DNA of 64,000 nucleotides from Sphaerodactylus townsendi (Eukaryota). Shown in pieces: positions 37,515 through 51,411 of the stretch. Position 1 is the stretch's first letter. Every line of letters begins with the position of its first letter. Under the pieces are notes generated by a model. The model worked only from the letters and a program-made list of their open reading frames with translations. It was not told where the DNA came from and searched no databases. Location of the stretch: contig NC_059425.1 of the NCBI RefSeq assembly GCF_021028975.2, forward strand, positions 74,152,001-74,216,000, given 5' to 3'. Position numbers and translations under genes: made by a program.

Positions 37515-38040
37515 CATACATACATAGTTTATTTACGGTCATTGACCAGCAAGATCCAAAAGAATTAAAATAATAAAATTTACAGATATAACAAATATAC
37601 AGATTAAAACAGTTAACAAAATACAGATAATAGACCTCAGGAACTCAGAACATCAGCTCAAGATAATGAGTGAAAGGTCAGTCTAATAATAATTAATAAT
37701 AAGGATTAGCTGGCAAAGCCAGTAGTGCTCTGTCGGGCCTTCCTGATTTTACTTGATATCCAGGCATACTTGGCAACAGAATACATTAGATTTTTATTGG
37801 TATCTGATAACAGTATTTTAACCTTTTCTTTCTTAGCCAAAGGAGTGTTTGTCTGGTCAAAGGACAGAAGCATCCAACGTATCTCATCATAGTATGAGCA
37901 TTCAAATAATATATGTTCCGAGTTTTCAACACCTCCTATTTGACAACTGCAAATTCTGCCCTCAGTTGGTACTTTGTTATAAATCCCGTTGGTATAGTTA
38001 GACGAAAGGGCGTTGTAACGGAGTAGGCTGGTGCTTAAGC
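37515..38040 (-). mobile_element. RTE-X-like LINE 3' fragment
   Basis: RICSCQIGGVENSEHILFECSYYDEIR zinc-knuckle region; (TATG)n tail at ~37515-37527. Confidence 0.7.
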
Positions 38041-38400
38041 CTTCCCTTCTGTGCCATTTTTTTACCTGAAATGGTCCTCCTCTTTCCCACCACACAAACT
38101 GATAAAGGGACTGATAAAGAACCCAACACTTCTTTGCTTTTCACTGCACTCCCAATCTGAACTGAGCTTGCATGCACCTGCTATTTAAAGGAAAAAAGAC
38201 TGCCAGGAGCTCCATTCACAGAACTCTCAGAATCATATTTTGTTTGGCCCTAGGGGAAAAGATTATGTTTGGAGATTAAATTTGTGGTCTTGGAACTGTT
38301 GAATTTCAAGAAGCAGAGGCTTTTCAAAACTAGTCTGGAGTGTGGTGAGCTTGCTGCATACTGGAGTTTTCGCTGATTCTTCCTTGGTATTTAATACTGC

Positions 38401-39300
38401 AGTTGTTTCTGCACAGTCCAAATATGCCAGGTTGAGCAAGGGAAATATCCCGGTCTGGTCAAGAAGTTTGCTCATTTCCTGGTCCTAAAGCAGGTTTGCC
38501 CCACGATATTTCCCTCATCCCAGGATATTCAAAAATTACCAATTTAGCAATTCTTTTCAAAAATCCTGTGCTGAACCCACTACCATTCAAACACCGTGGG
38601 AGTAGAACCAGTTTATTTTTCCCGCCCAGCCGCCTGATCTCCCAGCCCCACCGCCCACCCCCTGATCTCCACACCTGACATCATGTCAGTCTGAGCCGCT
38701 GACCGTTGCAGCCCACCCTTCCTGAAATGTTCCCCCAAACATGTTTTCTGCTCATAGTATCAACTGGGTGCCATTTCGCCTGGGTTGATCAGGAGTGGAG
38801 TCCCAAAATGTCCCCATTTTCTTTTCTGTACATGTACTGGTTTCTCAGAGCGTATAGCTAGGAAGATATGCACTTTAGGGCAAATGTTATTGGGCACATT
38901 GTGGGGGGGGAGGAGTCTCTCATTTTCCACAAAAATAGGAGAACATAATTGGGAATGTGATGTGATGCTGTGCCTCATTGTTTTTTTGCTGCCACTTGCC
39001 ATGTTGAGGCCTGCGCCAGGCCCTATCCAGAACTGGGGAAAGGGGCCTTCGTTTCTCCTCGTTGCTGCTCAAAAACAACAGCCGATCAGAATGCAGAACA
39101 AATGGGAGGTTTGCGCCTGCATAGATATACTTGCAGTGTAAATACAAATGACCTGGGATTGTGCAAAACAAACTGGAATGTTTCCTCCCAGTCTTCACTC
39201 GATTCCTTCACAGAAATGGAGGGAGAAACCAGGATAAACTAGACCGGGATTGTAAGATACCAATTGTAATGGGGTATAATTGTGCCATGTGGAAATGGCC
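38401..39300. mobile_element. Older Harbinger-like MITE
   Basis: Degenerate TIRs AGTTGTTTCTGCAC / GTGGAAATGGCC; TSD TGC/TGC; colinear with 58910-59530. Confidence 0.7.
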
Positions 39301-39367
39301 TGCATGTGTCAAATGCTGGTTCTCAATCTGTACATTTCTAAATAAGCAACTTTTTATTAAAGCTAAT

Positions 39368-40503
39368 TGTCAGGGGCCGGCACATGGCCACGGCCCAGCC
39401 CACGGAACAACCCCAGCTCCAGACAATCTCCAGGCCAGGAATCCAGCCAGGCCAGGCAACCCCCAACAGCCACATGCCGCTCCCCCACAACTTACCAGGT
39501 GACCTCACTAGCCCAGAGGCCAAAGGAGGGAAGGGAGATGTTGCCCCTGCTGCGTCAGACCGGGACTGCACCAGACCTGAGGCGTGAGGCAGAGAAGCGG
39601 GGAGGCCCCACCACTCTGATCTGGCCTCCGGCCTCATTACCCTGTACCCTAACCAATTTAGGAAAAACCCCAGTCACCGGGGTGAGGACGGGCCTGACAT
39701 CTCCTGGGAAGGGATAGGAAGGATGGCCCTGGGCTCCCTGCTGGCGCCATGGGAGGCAAAGCGCCACACTAATAAATGTTGGAGGAAAAAATGGGATACA
39801 GAGTTACCATCCACCACATTGGAGCAGTAGGAAGGAAAGCCATGTTGTGAGGTTGCATGGACCACCATGGTTGTACTTGGGATGATGAGTCCTCATCAGA
39901 GGAGGAGGACAACTTGTCTCCTGCCTTGGCAGACCATCACTGGGAATCTGGTGACTCAGGGCTTCCCAAAAGGGATTCTGAGTCAGCACCAGTGCTGGCC
40001 CTCAAGCCAGGAACTTCAAGCATGGATCCACCCACTGTCAGATCCACTATGGTCTCCTGTAGGTCTCCAGGAGCAAAGGAGGCAAAGGGCAAGGGCTGGG
40101 GCTTGGACCAGATGCTTGGTGGCCTGAGGCTTCTTCTCTGCTGAGGGAATACCATGAGAAACCAATAAGTCATCACATGATCTGGGCCCCACTACTCCTC
40201 ATGAGTAAATGAGCTAATGCAGCTTTTGGAGAGGAGCTTAATGTGGGACCAGCCTCACCTGTAGGGAAATGACCTATACAAGGCTCCTATGAGTGTAGGT
40301 CAATTTGACTGCAGGTTTGATAAACCTAGTTGGTGACGGGCTTGCTTAACTTTTCAAATCTTATTAACAGAACCTTGCCCTTGGAATATGTGCTTTGATC
40401 TTGGACTCAGACCTTGGGCTGCCTTCTGACCTTGCATTTGGGGTGCGTTATTGGAACCTGGACTTTGGTGTTAAGACTATCATTTGAGAACCCCTATCAT
40501 ACA
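39368..40503 (+). mobile_element. Possible Gypsy-type solo LTR
   Basis: TGTCAGG start and ...CATACA end, GC-rich body with AATAAA at ~39771; TSD not confirmed. Confidence 0.35.
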
Positions 40504-41292
40504 TTGTGGTTGCTGGGATTGTATTCCTGTTAGGTGGCCGAGACAGAAGGGTAGGGATTTATTATTTATCTCTCACTTTTCTCTTACTGAGGTCTTCAAG
40601 GCAGGTTGAAACAGGTGACCATGCAGGCAGGCATCAACATATAGATTTTCCTCCCTGTACTAATGCAGTTTTAGAAGGCCAACATCCTCAACACTCTTGG
40701 GTGCTACCTACGGTTGCCAGGTTCCCACTGACAACTAGTGGGGGGTGGAGGGTAGGGTTGCCAAGTCCAGGTTGGGAAAATGGAAGACAGGAACTTCAGT
40801 GGGGTACAATTTCGTAGAGGGGCACCCTCTAAAGCATCCATTTTCTCCAGGGGAACTGATCTCTGCAGTCTGGGGGTAAACTTTAATTCCAGGAGATCCC
40901 CCAGTCCCATGTAGAGGCTGCATCCCTAATTCTTCCTGATGGTGTTACCTCAGTGGTAGTGCAACAAAGAGCAATAATTCCCTAGAAGCTTTCTCCCTCT
41001 CGTTAATCTGTGAGTGCAACAGATAATGGTTGAGCTGGGGTGGAGGGGCTGCACTTGCTACTAATTTACTCCCATAGACTTCTAGTATATTGCATCTGAA
41101 ACATGTCTCAGTAGCAGGTGTTGGTCACTATAGGCACTTGCAACTGTGCAAGTGAAGCATTATATTCAATATTGTATGAATCAAACTCTCTTCTGTTGTC
41201 ATTAACTAGTGGCAGCCAGAAAATGCACAAGATCAGCACTTAATGATGCCAGCCAGAAACAAAAACTGTGCATCCTTTACATAGACTCTGTC

Positions 41293-41393
41293 CAGTGGTG
41301 GGATTAAGCAGGTTCACATCACTTCGGCAGAACTGGTTGTTAAAATTGTGCTTGCAAACAACCAGTTGTTAAAATATTTGAATCCCACCACTG
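41293..41393. mobile_element. 101-bp hAT MITE (CAGTGGTGGGATT TIR)
   Basis: TIRs CAGTGGTGGGATT / AATCCCACCACTG; TSD ACTCTGTC / ACTGTGTC. Confidence 0.85.
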
Positions 41394-41906
41394 ACTGTGT
41401 CCCTTCTTTGTGGAGAAAAAGTTACTCAGAACTCCCCATGGCTTAAGGAAATGGCACAAAAAACCCCAGCACTGTTGTAACACAAAGCTAATTATAACAA
41501 GATCCCCTACAAGTCACACAATTCTGCAGCAGGCCAAGTCAACAGGAGGACTGAATCCATCATGCTGTCCAGTGAGTTTATTATTCATCCATTCAAGATA
41601 AACTGCAGCAGACCAAGGGCTCCTATGTATCAATTCTAGCCTCACAAATATAGAAAGCATTGAACCCCGTTGTTAAACATACACATGGTGCATAAATCTA
41701 AGAGGGTAAATAAAGCAGCACCTCAAGTTCCTGGCACATCATTCAAGTAGTGGTTTTCTGTGTTACCTGGGGAGGGGGGCTGTCTTAGAGGCAGCTGTAC
41801 AAACCAATGTGTAAATATTTTACAGAGTTGTGGATAAAAACTGCTGACTAGGGGACACACACAAAACCTCCACTTCAACATATAATTGTGTTTTGAGTCT
41901 CTACAA

Positions 41907-41930
41907 ATATATATATATATATATATATAT
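41907..41930. repeat. (AT)n microsatellite
   Basis: Read directly from the sequence. Confidence 0.9.
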
Positions 41931-43652
41931 TAAAAAATTAAAATCTAAAAATACAGGTTAAGGAACCTTTTTACATTTTCTACAATACTTTTTCCACTAT
42001 CAAGTTGTTTTAACAATAAACTTGAATGTATTATTGATTCCATATTCCAGCAGGGAAAACAATTTAACTGTGTCACCTTAAGCACAGTTACACTATGGTG
42101 TATAACTCTGCTTAGGCCTGAACTGTAAAAGGCTCAGTGGTGTCATTCCAAAAATTAGTAAACACTGTTCAGTTTTCCATGACTTTTTAATGACATTTTT
42201 ATTCATCTGCTGTTTTTCTTTGTGAACCCTGATGTTTGTTAAGTTAATCATTAAGGGAACATCTTAAATTCAGTGGTATAATTCATTGTCCCATTGTTTA
42301 CACTGGAGCACTCCTCTTCTTCCACTGATGTGTTTTCCTTTCTACAGATATTCCAGCAGGATTCAATAAAATAGGTTCTAGGAATATGCTCCGTCATATG
42401 TGTGTGCAGGTGTGATGGACAGCGACATTCTAAGAAGATGCCCCAGATGTAGGCCTTTCTGCATGAGTCGTGCACAATATATCTTGCTGCCAAATGCTAC
42501 CTTCCCCCTCTTAATTCTGCAAGCAATTCCTCTGGAAATGTTTTCCCTCCATTGTTTTCCTGAGCATTTTTACTGGGATAGTTGTTTGACCCATTTTTGA
42601 CCCAGCTTCCCTTGAGCATATGATTGGGCTAAAACAGTCTTTATTTCTCTGCTCCACCAAAAACCTGGCCCTTATCCACACTGCTATGTAGACACCCAAA
42701 CATCTTTCAGCCATTTTATCCTCCTCCTAGTTCTCCATGTTCAAAAGGATTTTTTTTTAAAAAAATCTCTTTGTCATATTGCATTAGCGATGTAATGTTA
42801 AGGCAAAGATACACTTTTATATTGCATTAGCGATACACTTTTAGTGTATCTTTGTGAAATTGACAAGGGAAATTGACAAAGGGAAATTGCTTCTCACAGG
42901 AGGAACTTGACAAGGGACTGTTGCAGTAATGATTGTGTATTACTGCAGCTCTAATTGCTGAAAAATGTGGTTCTTTGTGGGAGAGCTATGTATTTATATT
43001 CTTTCAGGTAATGGCACCTGCTCTGGAATTTTTTTTGGCTACCATTTTGTGCAAAAACCTGACTTTTCCCAACCTCCCCTTCATCCATTTTCACCTCCAC
43101 TTCTCCTCCATTTTCAAAAGGATTTTAAAAAAATCATTGTCAAATCAAACTAGCAATTTTATATTGAGATGGAGATATAAGCTAGCATGGGTGATTGTGT
43201 CAACTTTGTCAGTTTCACATAGAACTTTTGATCTTAACATTCAGGCAGAGATGAAACTAGCATGATCAACTGGACCAGCTTTGTCAATTCTATATTGAAC
43301 TACTGATGTAACATTAGGGCAGAGAGTGATTTCAAGCTGGGGACAGTTGAAAAGCATTCTAAGAGTAATCACTGCATGTAATTGGGGCCTGCTACAGTAA
43401 CAATCGTGCATTTTTGCAGAACAAATTTGACCAAAAAATGTGGTTCTTTATGGGAGGATGGCTATGTGTTTCTGTTTCTTCTGGTAATGGCGCCTGCTCC
43501 AGGAGTTGTTTTGGCTTTCATTTTGGGTTGGGAATTCTCAGTAGTAGAAATGGAGGCTGAGACAGTTTTGTGTTGCCTCTTCAAAATGTAACTGCACACC
43601 CATGAAAAAAAAGGGGGGGATGTTTATCTACATTACAGATCACTATCAGGAG

Positions 43653-43833
43653 CAGTGGCATAGCACCCATACGGCAGGGGGGCACAGCACCCCGGGCAGA
43701 GCAGCGACGAAGGTGTGGCCGGGCCGTGGAGGGGGTGTTCTGGGGGCATTTCTGGGTGGGGGCAGGCAATGCCATGGCAGGGGCACCGAGCGCGTGTGTG
43801 CCCCAGGTGCAGTTTCCCCACACTCTACCTCTG
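43653..43833. mobile_element. hAT MITE
   Basis: CAGTGGCATAG ... CTACCTCTG; TSD ATCAGGAG / ATCAGGAA. Confidence 0.7.
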
Positions 43834-44429
43834 ATCAGGAATAATATGTTTTCAGCAGTTGCATATGGAAGAATACAACTGATGAGACAAAGGGGAAAAC
43901 CCCCCAAAAGAAGGGGGTGCGGAGGTTGGCAAAATGGTTTCACAGTCCTTACCCAATGCAGTTCATGTATCAGCCTAATTCATCAGCAGTTAAAGCATCA
44001 TAGGAGATGTTGTGGACAAGCATCCTTTATCTGATCTAATATATTTTCTCCATATTTTAAAGATAGCTAATAAGTTAGCTGTAGTTTGAAGTACTATTGC
44101 TATCAGGAGAGTAGGCACATATCAATACCTTTTGAACAAGGCACAGAGTTCCTGTTTACCCTTTAGGATTGTTCCCCGAAAGCTGTGTTGCCCACTATCT
44201 GAACCACTTCTTAATATAAACTCAGATGGGCATTTTCAAGAGCAAGATGCAATTCTTTTCCATCATCACTACTTCAAGGCCATTCTCAAACATCTCTTGG
44301 CATGATCAACACTGTTCTTTCTGCTCTTCTTATATTGACTCCCTTGAACATATCTTGCTCTTCTGCAAGTACAACAGCATTAGGCCATACTTCTCTGCCT
44401 TAACCACGGTTGGGTTCTTGGATCATCCA

Positions 44430-45085
44430 ATGAAGACAAAAGTCATGACTACTGGGAAATTACACAAGTTTAAGAAAGATGATGAAGAAATTGAAAATTC
44501 AAGACTTTTTATTCCTTGTTTCCATCATCAACCAAAAGGAAGATTGCAACTAAGATATCAGAAGGAAATTGAGACTGGGCTGGGCAGCCACGTAGGAGCT
44601 ATAAGAGATTGCTAAGTGTAAGCATGTGTCACTGGCAACCAAAATCAAGTTAATTAATGCTGTAGTATTCATCATTATTATATATGGGTGTGAAAGTTGG
44701 ACAGTGAAGAAAGCTGGCAGGAATAAAGTTGATTCCTTTGAAATGTGGAAGGAGAGTTTTACAGATACTATGGATTGCCAAAAAGACAAATAAATGCATT
44801 GTAAAATCAAATCAAACCTGAACTGTTCCTAGAAGCTAAAATTACTAAACTGAGGCTATTTTACTGGTAATGTTCTGAGAAGGCTAAAGTCACTGGGAAA
44901 ACAACAATGTCAGTAAAAGTTGAAGGTAATAGAAAAAAGAAGCTCCAACTTGAGATGTATTGACTCAATTGAAGAAGCCACAGCCTTCAGCTTACATGTC
45001 CTGAGTAAGACTGTTAGGACATTTTGGTGGTCATTAATTCATAGGCCCACCGTAAGTCAGAAGTCAGCACTTCACACACAATCTT
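44430..45085 (+). mobile_element. RTE/BovB-like LINE 3' fragment
   Basis: KTKVMTT, YGCESWTVKKA.RNK.DSFEMW and SLEAKITKLRL remnants; (CA)n-like end. Confidence 0.8.
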
Positions 45086-45410
45086 TAAGAATAATGTCTC
45101 ACAGGAAAGGACTAAAATAGTGGTAGAGATTTGTTATTTCTTTGTATATCCAGATTTTATCATTCTTGCCATACAGGTCCCCTAAAGTAGATACATTATT
45201 TACCTCACACAGGGTGATGCTTCTTTATATTCTGTCAGCATTTGTTTGGTCCTTATGGTGATATGCTATCACATTAATAAAATAAAAATAAAAGATACCA
45301 AGAACTCTGTCCTTCAGGCACTCAGAAGAATAACAGAGTTGCTGTTGGAGCTTCCATTGGCAGTCTAAAACTGATTGGCAAATCATTGATCACTTTGAAA
45401 AATGATAATA

Positions 45411-45882
45411 GTGAAGGGCAACAGGTATATTTAGAACATATAATCCTGTCAAGCAAAGTAACAAGCAGAAATGTGGATTGTGCTGCACATCAAATTAGAA
45501 CAGTTATCTCTCAAAAGACCATCCGTTTTACCTCAGAAGTTCATAAAACATAAGGAGAACTTTACTTAACTGAGAGAGAAAACATATACATGGATACACA
45601 TTAACAAAGTATCACATATATAGTTACATGCATGGCTCATAGTTTGTTACAGTTTGGTTGTGATACAATATCTTTATCAGAGCACTTTTGCATAGCATTT
45701 GGTTTACAACAGTACAGAGAATATCTTTTCACTTAGGCAGGCAGTTTAGTAAGCAAGGGTGTGAGGGAACAGAACACTATCAATGGTTTTTAACTGTCAC
45801 CTTTAGAATGTTCGTGCAGCTTCCCAGAATTCCCTGCTGCTTCTGCTGCCACTGCATGCAAACAAGGCTGAATATTCCAACA
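45411..45882 (-). mobile_element. Copia LTR copy (same family as 23948-24443)
   Basis: Reverse complement starts TGTTGGAATATTCAGCCTTG and is colinear to ATATACCTGTTGCCCTT. Confidence 0.85.
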
Positions 45883-46531
45883 AATAGTATGTCAATTCAA
45901 CTTTTATTTTGTGAGAAATTTTTTAGAAAGTTATAATATAAGGCACATTTTAATATACATTGTATTATTGGAATTTATATTAAGAATGGCCACCATTGGT
46001 AATTGTTTTTTTAATTTATATATAATATTACAGGTAGATTTTGGTTTTATTTCGTAGTCTTTAGAACTATCTGTAATTATGATTTGACTTCATTTTTCTT
46101 TTTTGGTTTTGCTAATTTCTACCTACAAAAATAAAGAAAATATGATTGGTTAATATTCTGTTCAAATTCTTATGTCATGTTTAGCAATACAGTATGAAAA
46201 TACAACATTCTGCATAGCCTCTCACCTTGCAGTACAGTTGTGGTGGGTTTGTGAATATTTCTGCTGTTTCATGGAAGAATTTCTCTGCTGATGGTGGTTT
46301 TAGCTTTTAATTGCTAGAACAACCAGCACTTTTGACAGATCTGGATTTAGGTTTACTCAAATGACTATTTGTGTGAGAGAGAAAGATAAAAGTGCTGAGC
46401 AGTTGTAATATATACCAATAAAAATACTTATCACCTTTCCTACTTGGTGGCTTTGATATATACCTGCACTTTCCTGCAGCCAGCTTCCAGACTCCTCCCC
46501 TGGAAAGTGAGGCCACTTTTTAAAACACACC

Positions 46532-47067
46532 GGCCGTTTCCACACGGGCCATTAACAGCGCCCTGGGGACGGCAAAAACGCTGTCCCCAGGGAGCTGTTC
46601 GCCCGAGGGGTGCAGCTGCTGCGCAGCCGCGCCGCCCTCGTTTGCCTCGGTATTGCTGAAGCTGCTGTTTACAACCTCGCTTCCCCAGCGAGGTTTTCGG
46701 AAAACGGCGGCTTCGAGCCGCTGCCGTGCGAATGGCAGCAGCTCAAAGGCGCCCTCCCTCCCCCTCTCCACTGTTCACCTACCGTGTCTGTGGCCGTCCA
46801 GCATGTCGCCGAGGCCTGGGAACACGCCCCCCTGCCCTGTGATGCCGGAGCAGTCGCGCAGGGCAGGGGGGCATGTCCCCAGGCCTCGGCAATGCGCCAG
46901 ATGGCCACAGACACGGCAGGTCGGCTGGGTGATGGCACTCCGCGGTGCCGTCTTCCCGGCTGTTTCTGGGACCGATGCGATCGCGAAACGGTCCCAGGGG
47001 TTAATTCGGTTAATGGGATACGCCCGACCCAACCCTGACTCGTCAAGCTCATCGCGCGGAAACAGCC
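46532..47067. mobile_element. CpG-rich Harbinger-like MITE
   Basis: GGCCGTTTCCACAC ... GCGGAAACAGCC; flanks ACC/ACG. Confidence 0.85.
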
Positions 47068-47225
47068 ACGTTAGATGTTTTGGGTCATGCCATGGAGGAA
47101 TATAAAAGGCATTTTATCAGCTTCTGCAACTTTACGTTATAGCAAGATTACTGTCCTGTCTCATAACTTTTTAGCTAGCAAAGCATTAGCTATCACACTT
47201 TCATGTAAAAACGACATATAAATAT

Positions 47226-47440
47226 TTGGGTGCTGTGTGGTTTCCGGGCTGTATGGCCGTGTTCTAGCAGCATTCTCTCCTGACGTTTCGCCTGCATCTG
47301 TGGCTGGCATCTTCAGAGGATCTGAATGCCAGCCACAGATGCAGGCGAAACGTCAGGAGAGAATGCTGCTAGAACACGGCCATACAGCCCAGAAACCACA
47401 CAGCACCCAAGTGATTCCGGCCATGAAAACCTTTCACAAT
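47226..47440. mobile_element. Penelope-like element terminal remnant (inverted pseudo-LTR pair)
   Basis: ~90-bp arms form an inverted repeat over 47226-47410; perfect 12-bp TSD ACATATAAATAT (47214-47225 / 47441-47452). Confidence 0.85.
47278..47321 (-). ncRNA. Minimal type I hammerhead ribozyme motif
   Basis: Minus strand UCCU-CUGAAGA-U-GCC...GGC-GAAAC-GUC-AGGA: conserved CUGANGA/GAAA core, stem II, GUC cleavage triplet and stem I UCCU/AGGA. Confidence 0.8.
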
Positions 47441-47689
47441 ACATATAAATATGTTTGCTTTCTGCCAGTGTTCAGGATTTCCACACTGTTTTCCAAAATA
47501 AAAGAATTCTTACTAGCATCACAGCAGCTTGCTTTTCCTGCTAGAAGAATATAGTATAAATATAGGAGGTTTTAAAAATGATTACTCAGCAAGGCAGAGA
47601 ATGCATCTGGTGATTATGGGGCTTTTGGCAAAGCAGCCAGGAAAAGAACTTGGAGATGCTGCTGCAGAGGCAGGGCTGAGGGTGGGATA

Positions 47690-48590
47690 CACCCGCATTA
47701 GTAAAGCTTTTGACAAGGTGATCCATAATATTCTTTCAAGTAAGCTAGCGAAATGTGGACTAGACAATGCTACTATTAGATGGATTTCTAATTCTTCATC
47801 ATGGAGGGAAGTGACTAGTGGGTGCTACAGGGTTCTGTCCTGGGCCCAGTGCTATTCAATATTTTTATCAAGGACTTGGTGGATGGAATAGAGAGCATGA
47901 TAATCATATTTGTTTGTTTGTTTGTTTGTTTATTATATTCAATTTGATAGACTGCTCTACCCCCGAAGGGCTAAGAGTGGTGTACAAGCCAAACAAGAAA
48001 ACAATAAATTACAAATACAGGGAAAGAACAAATCGAATAATCCCAGTAAAATTGATAAAATACAATAAAATCAGTAGCAACAGTGACCCAACAATAATTA
48101 GGTGGATGGCATCCGGTCCTAACCCCGGGAGGAGACCGGCAGATTTTCAAAATTTGCAGATGACACCAAATTAGGGGGGGTAGCTAATACCCCAGAGGAC
48201 AGAGTCAGAATTCAAAATGACCTGGACAGATTAGAGAGCTGGGCCAAAACAGACAAAATAAATTTCAACAGAGAGAAATGAAAGATACTACACTTAGGCA
48301 GAAAAAATGAAATGCACAGATATAGGATAGGTGACACCTGGCTAGACAACACTACATGCGAAAGGGATCTGGGAATCTTAGTAGACCACAAACTGAACAT
48401 GAGTCAGAAGTATGATGTGGCAACCAAGAAAGCCAATGAGATTGTGATGGAGTTTCCTTCTTTGGAGGTTTTTAAAGAGAGGCTGGATGACCATCTGTCA
48501 GGAATGCTTTGATTGTGTATTCCTGCATTTCAGGGGGTTGGACTTGATGGTCCTTGAGGTCTCTTCCAACTCTATGATTCTATGATTCTA
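47690..48590 (+). mobile_element. CR1 LINE fragments with 3' tail, containing a short minus-strand insertion (~47907-48140)
   Basis: SKAFDKVIH, QGSVLGPVLFNIF, KFADDTKLGG, CERDLGILVD; (ATTCTATG)n tail at ~48570-48590. Confidence 0.9.
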
Positions 48591-51356
48591 AAGAGTACTA
48601 CAGAACTTTGAAAGTGAATTCTTAATTTGATAGAAATCAGTCTGAATTCCAAAGATTGCACATGGGCTGTGAGCACCTAACCAGATTGGGTAATGCATAT
48701 TCTCCAAGAGTTCACTGAGACATACCCTGAATTCCCTTGCAGGTAGAAACAGGATATGAATTCTGTTTCCTCTGATGAACAGGTTTTAATCACAGTGGAC
48801 CAAAATTGTTGCTTGAAATTTTATACTTGAGCATCTACTAGATTTTCAAGAACAGCAAAATCTGTTTTAAAGTTCAAGCTACTTGACGTAATAAATAAAT
48901 TATCCAGCAATCTTGAGCACACATATCCTACATAGTAATAAGTAGGTTTATCCAAATTATGCTTTCTGATTTTCCCCCCAATTATTTTAGAATTTAAAAA
49001 TTCTGTGAGGTTGCAAGTATGGATTATTATCTCCAGCAAAAGTACTAGAATTCCACTTGTATACGAAGCCTGGGAAAATCAGGAAAGCACTGTGTACAAA
49101 TTCAAGCTACTCCATGCCCTCAACCTAATAGCAATACAGGGGTAATCTCAGTTTGAACATTTGGTTTAGTTCTTTTTAATGGTGCCTGCCCAATACTGTC
49201 CTAAGATTGGTGAGCCTTAGAATTCCTGAGGAAGTACTTTTCATGGAAGAGGAATAGGCTTTAGCAAATGGGCACCACTTTGTTGGTCACCTTAATGAAA
49301 ATGACACTGCTAACCCAATAGGGTAGAATCATACTTTGATCTAATTTTTATTTTTATACCAAATTTAAGATTGTTCTTCCTGTGTCTTCCTTTTCAGATG
49401 GTAAGAAATGTGGTTGTGAGTTATTACTAACTACTTTGTCCTAGATGAGGAAGGGCACAATTGTTCTTACACTGTGAGAAGAATAAAAAATAATTAATCT
49501 GAACAAAGGGATCCACAGAATACTGAATAATCTTAACACTTCTATTCTAAGCAGGGCTACACTGTTCAAAACCCATTGACTTTAATTCAGTTAGAAGGGA
49601 GTTATCCTGGCATACAAGTTATAGCGCATGTCTGCCAGTATGGAGGGCTCATAGACTGATTTGAACTTTATTTCTGTGATGGACCACCTTATAGAGAAGG
49701 TTGCAGCTCGTGCTGATAATCTCAGAAGTACCATGCATATTAACACAAAGAAAGAAAAATGTGGCAAAAGTGCCAAGTTGGGTAGAAATGTTCATCACAA
49801 CTTCTTGAGCATAGTGGGAGTCTTTAAGAGGCAGTAAATCAGGGTGGCCTTGTACTAAGGAATGTGCCTGCTTGAGTAGGTAACACACATGTTATTGTTA
49901 GGTAAACACTGGAGATAGCAAGGAGACTATATATAACATGCTGTGTATCAGCAACATCTGAGATGCACAGTAAATCTTTGGATCAAAGTATCTCAATGCA
50001 ATCAACACCCCTGCAAATTTACAGATTCCCTTAGCTGTGGAGATTTCACTTCAACCACAGAAAACATGTACAGAGGTATTCCAGACTATTTTACTTTGTT
50101 TTCCTTTTACTATACCACATGGTGAAACAAAATATTCTGTAAATGCTTTCTTGCTCCTTTTGTAGTAGATGCAGAAGGATAAATTACAGAAGAAGAGTAA
50201 TCTTTTTTCCTACTGAAACTGAGCCAACCAAAGTAAACACATGTTCCTCTGTTGTTTGTTTTCATCTCCAGCCATTTTTGTTGCCTCCTTCATACCATAT
50301 TTCAGATTGTAAGCACCTGAAGGCAGAGACTTGTCTTCTTGTACTGTCTGTAGTACTATGGACATTTATGAGGCTGAATAGATAATATGTAATACTTATA
50401 ATGTCACTGCTACTTCTAAGTATGGATAAAACCAAAACTCCAGTGCAGCTTACGTCAGGACTGCAGCAAAATGGCTGTCAGAACAAGAAGATTGGTGTGG
50501 TACCTGTATACAGATAACTACTCCAGGTTTCTGAACAATGATTCCACTTTACTCTTTGGTCTTATGTAGCCATGTTCGTATCTTTGAGATTTCCATTTAT
50601 TATAGCAGTGTAAAAATAATCTATTTTTGTAAAACTGCATGGGACCATTCTCAGTCTATAAGGCCAGGGGTCATGAGAACCAAATTACTGTTGAAGTCTA
50701 CACAAGGCCTGATTCTGACTGAGCCAGTTGGAATTAGCTTTCGGGTGGACAAAACTATAGATTTTCAGAAAGCGTCGCAGCCAGAAGGAAATGGTCCTCA
50801 TTTCAGCATCCTCGCTTGTTCATTCTATATTGGAACATTAGAGAAGAGGCTGTACGAGGAGCCAGAATAGTGCTGCCAATCTCTAGATGGTGGCTGGAGA
50901 TCTTCCAGGATTAGAACTGATCTATAGATGACAGAGACCAGTTCCACTGGAGAAAATGGCTGCTTTGGAGGGTTGTCTCTATAGCCTTATACCCTCCTGA
51001 GATCCCACCTCTCCCCAAACCCTGCCTTCTCAAAGATCTACCCCCAAATTTCCAGGTATTTTCCAAGAGGGAGTTGGCAACCCTAAACTAGAATGACTTC
51101 CCATACTCCATAAGTATGTCTTAGGTAACTGACATCAGTGCAGGATATGGCAATCTACTAGGGTTGGAAAACCAAGAGGAAAATATCAGGTTTAAGGTGT
51201 TAACTCAGCATTGATTGTAACTCAGTGCATCACATGAAGATAAATGGAACAGTTCTGCTGCTGAAAGTCAAATCTGATTCTGTGTGTTTCATGGGTGAGG
51301 AGACTTTCAGGAATATCATGTAAGCTGCTGTGAACTTTGGAGCAAGACTAGGATAC

Positions 51357-51358
<2 letters not shown>

Positions 51359-51409
<51 letters not shown>
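51359..51409. repeat. (GA)n microsatellite
   Basis: About 25 uninterrupted GA units. Confidence 0.95.
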
Positions 51410-51411
<2 letters not shown>

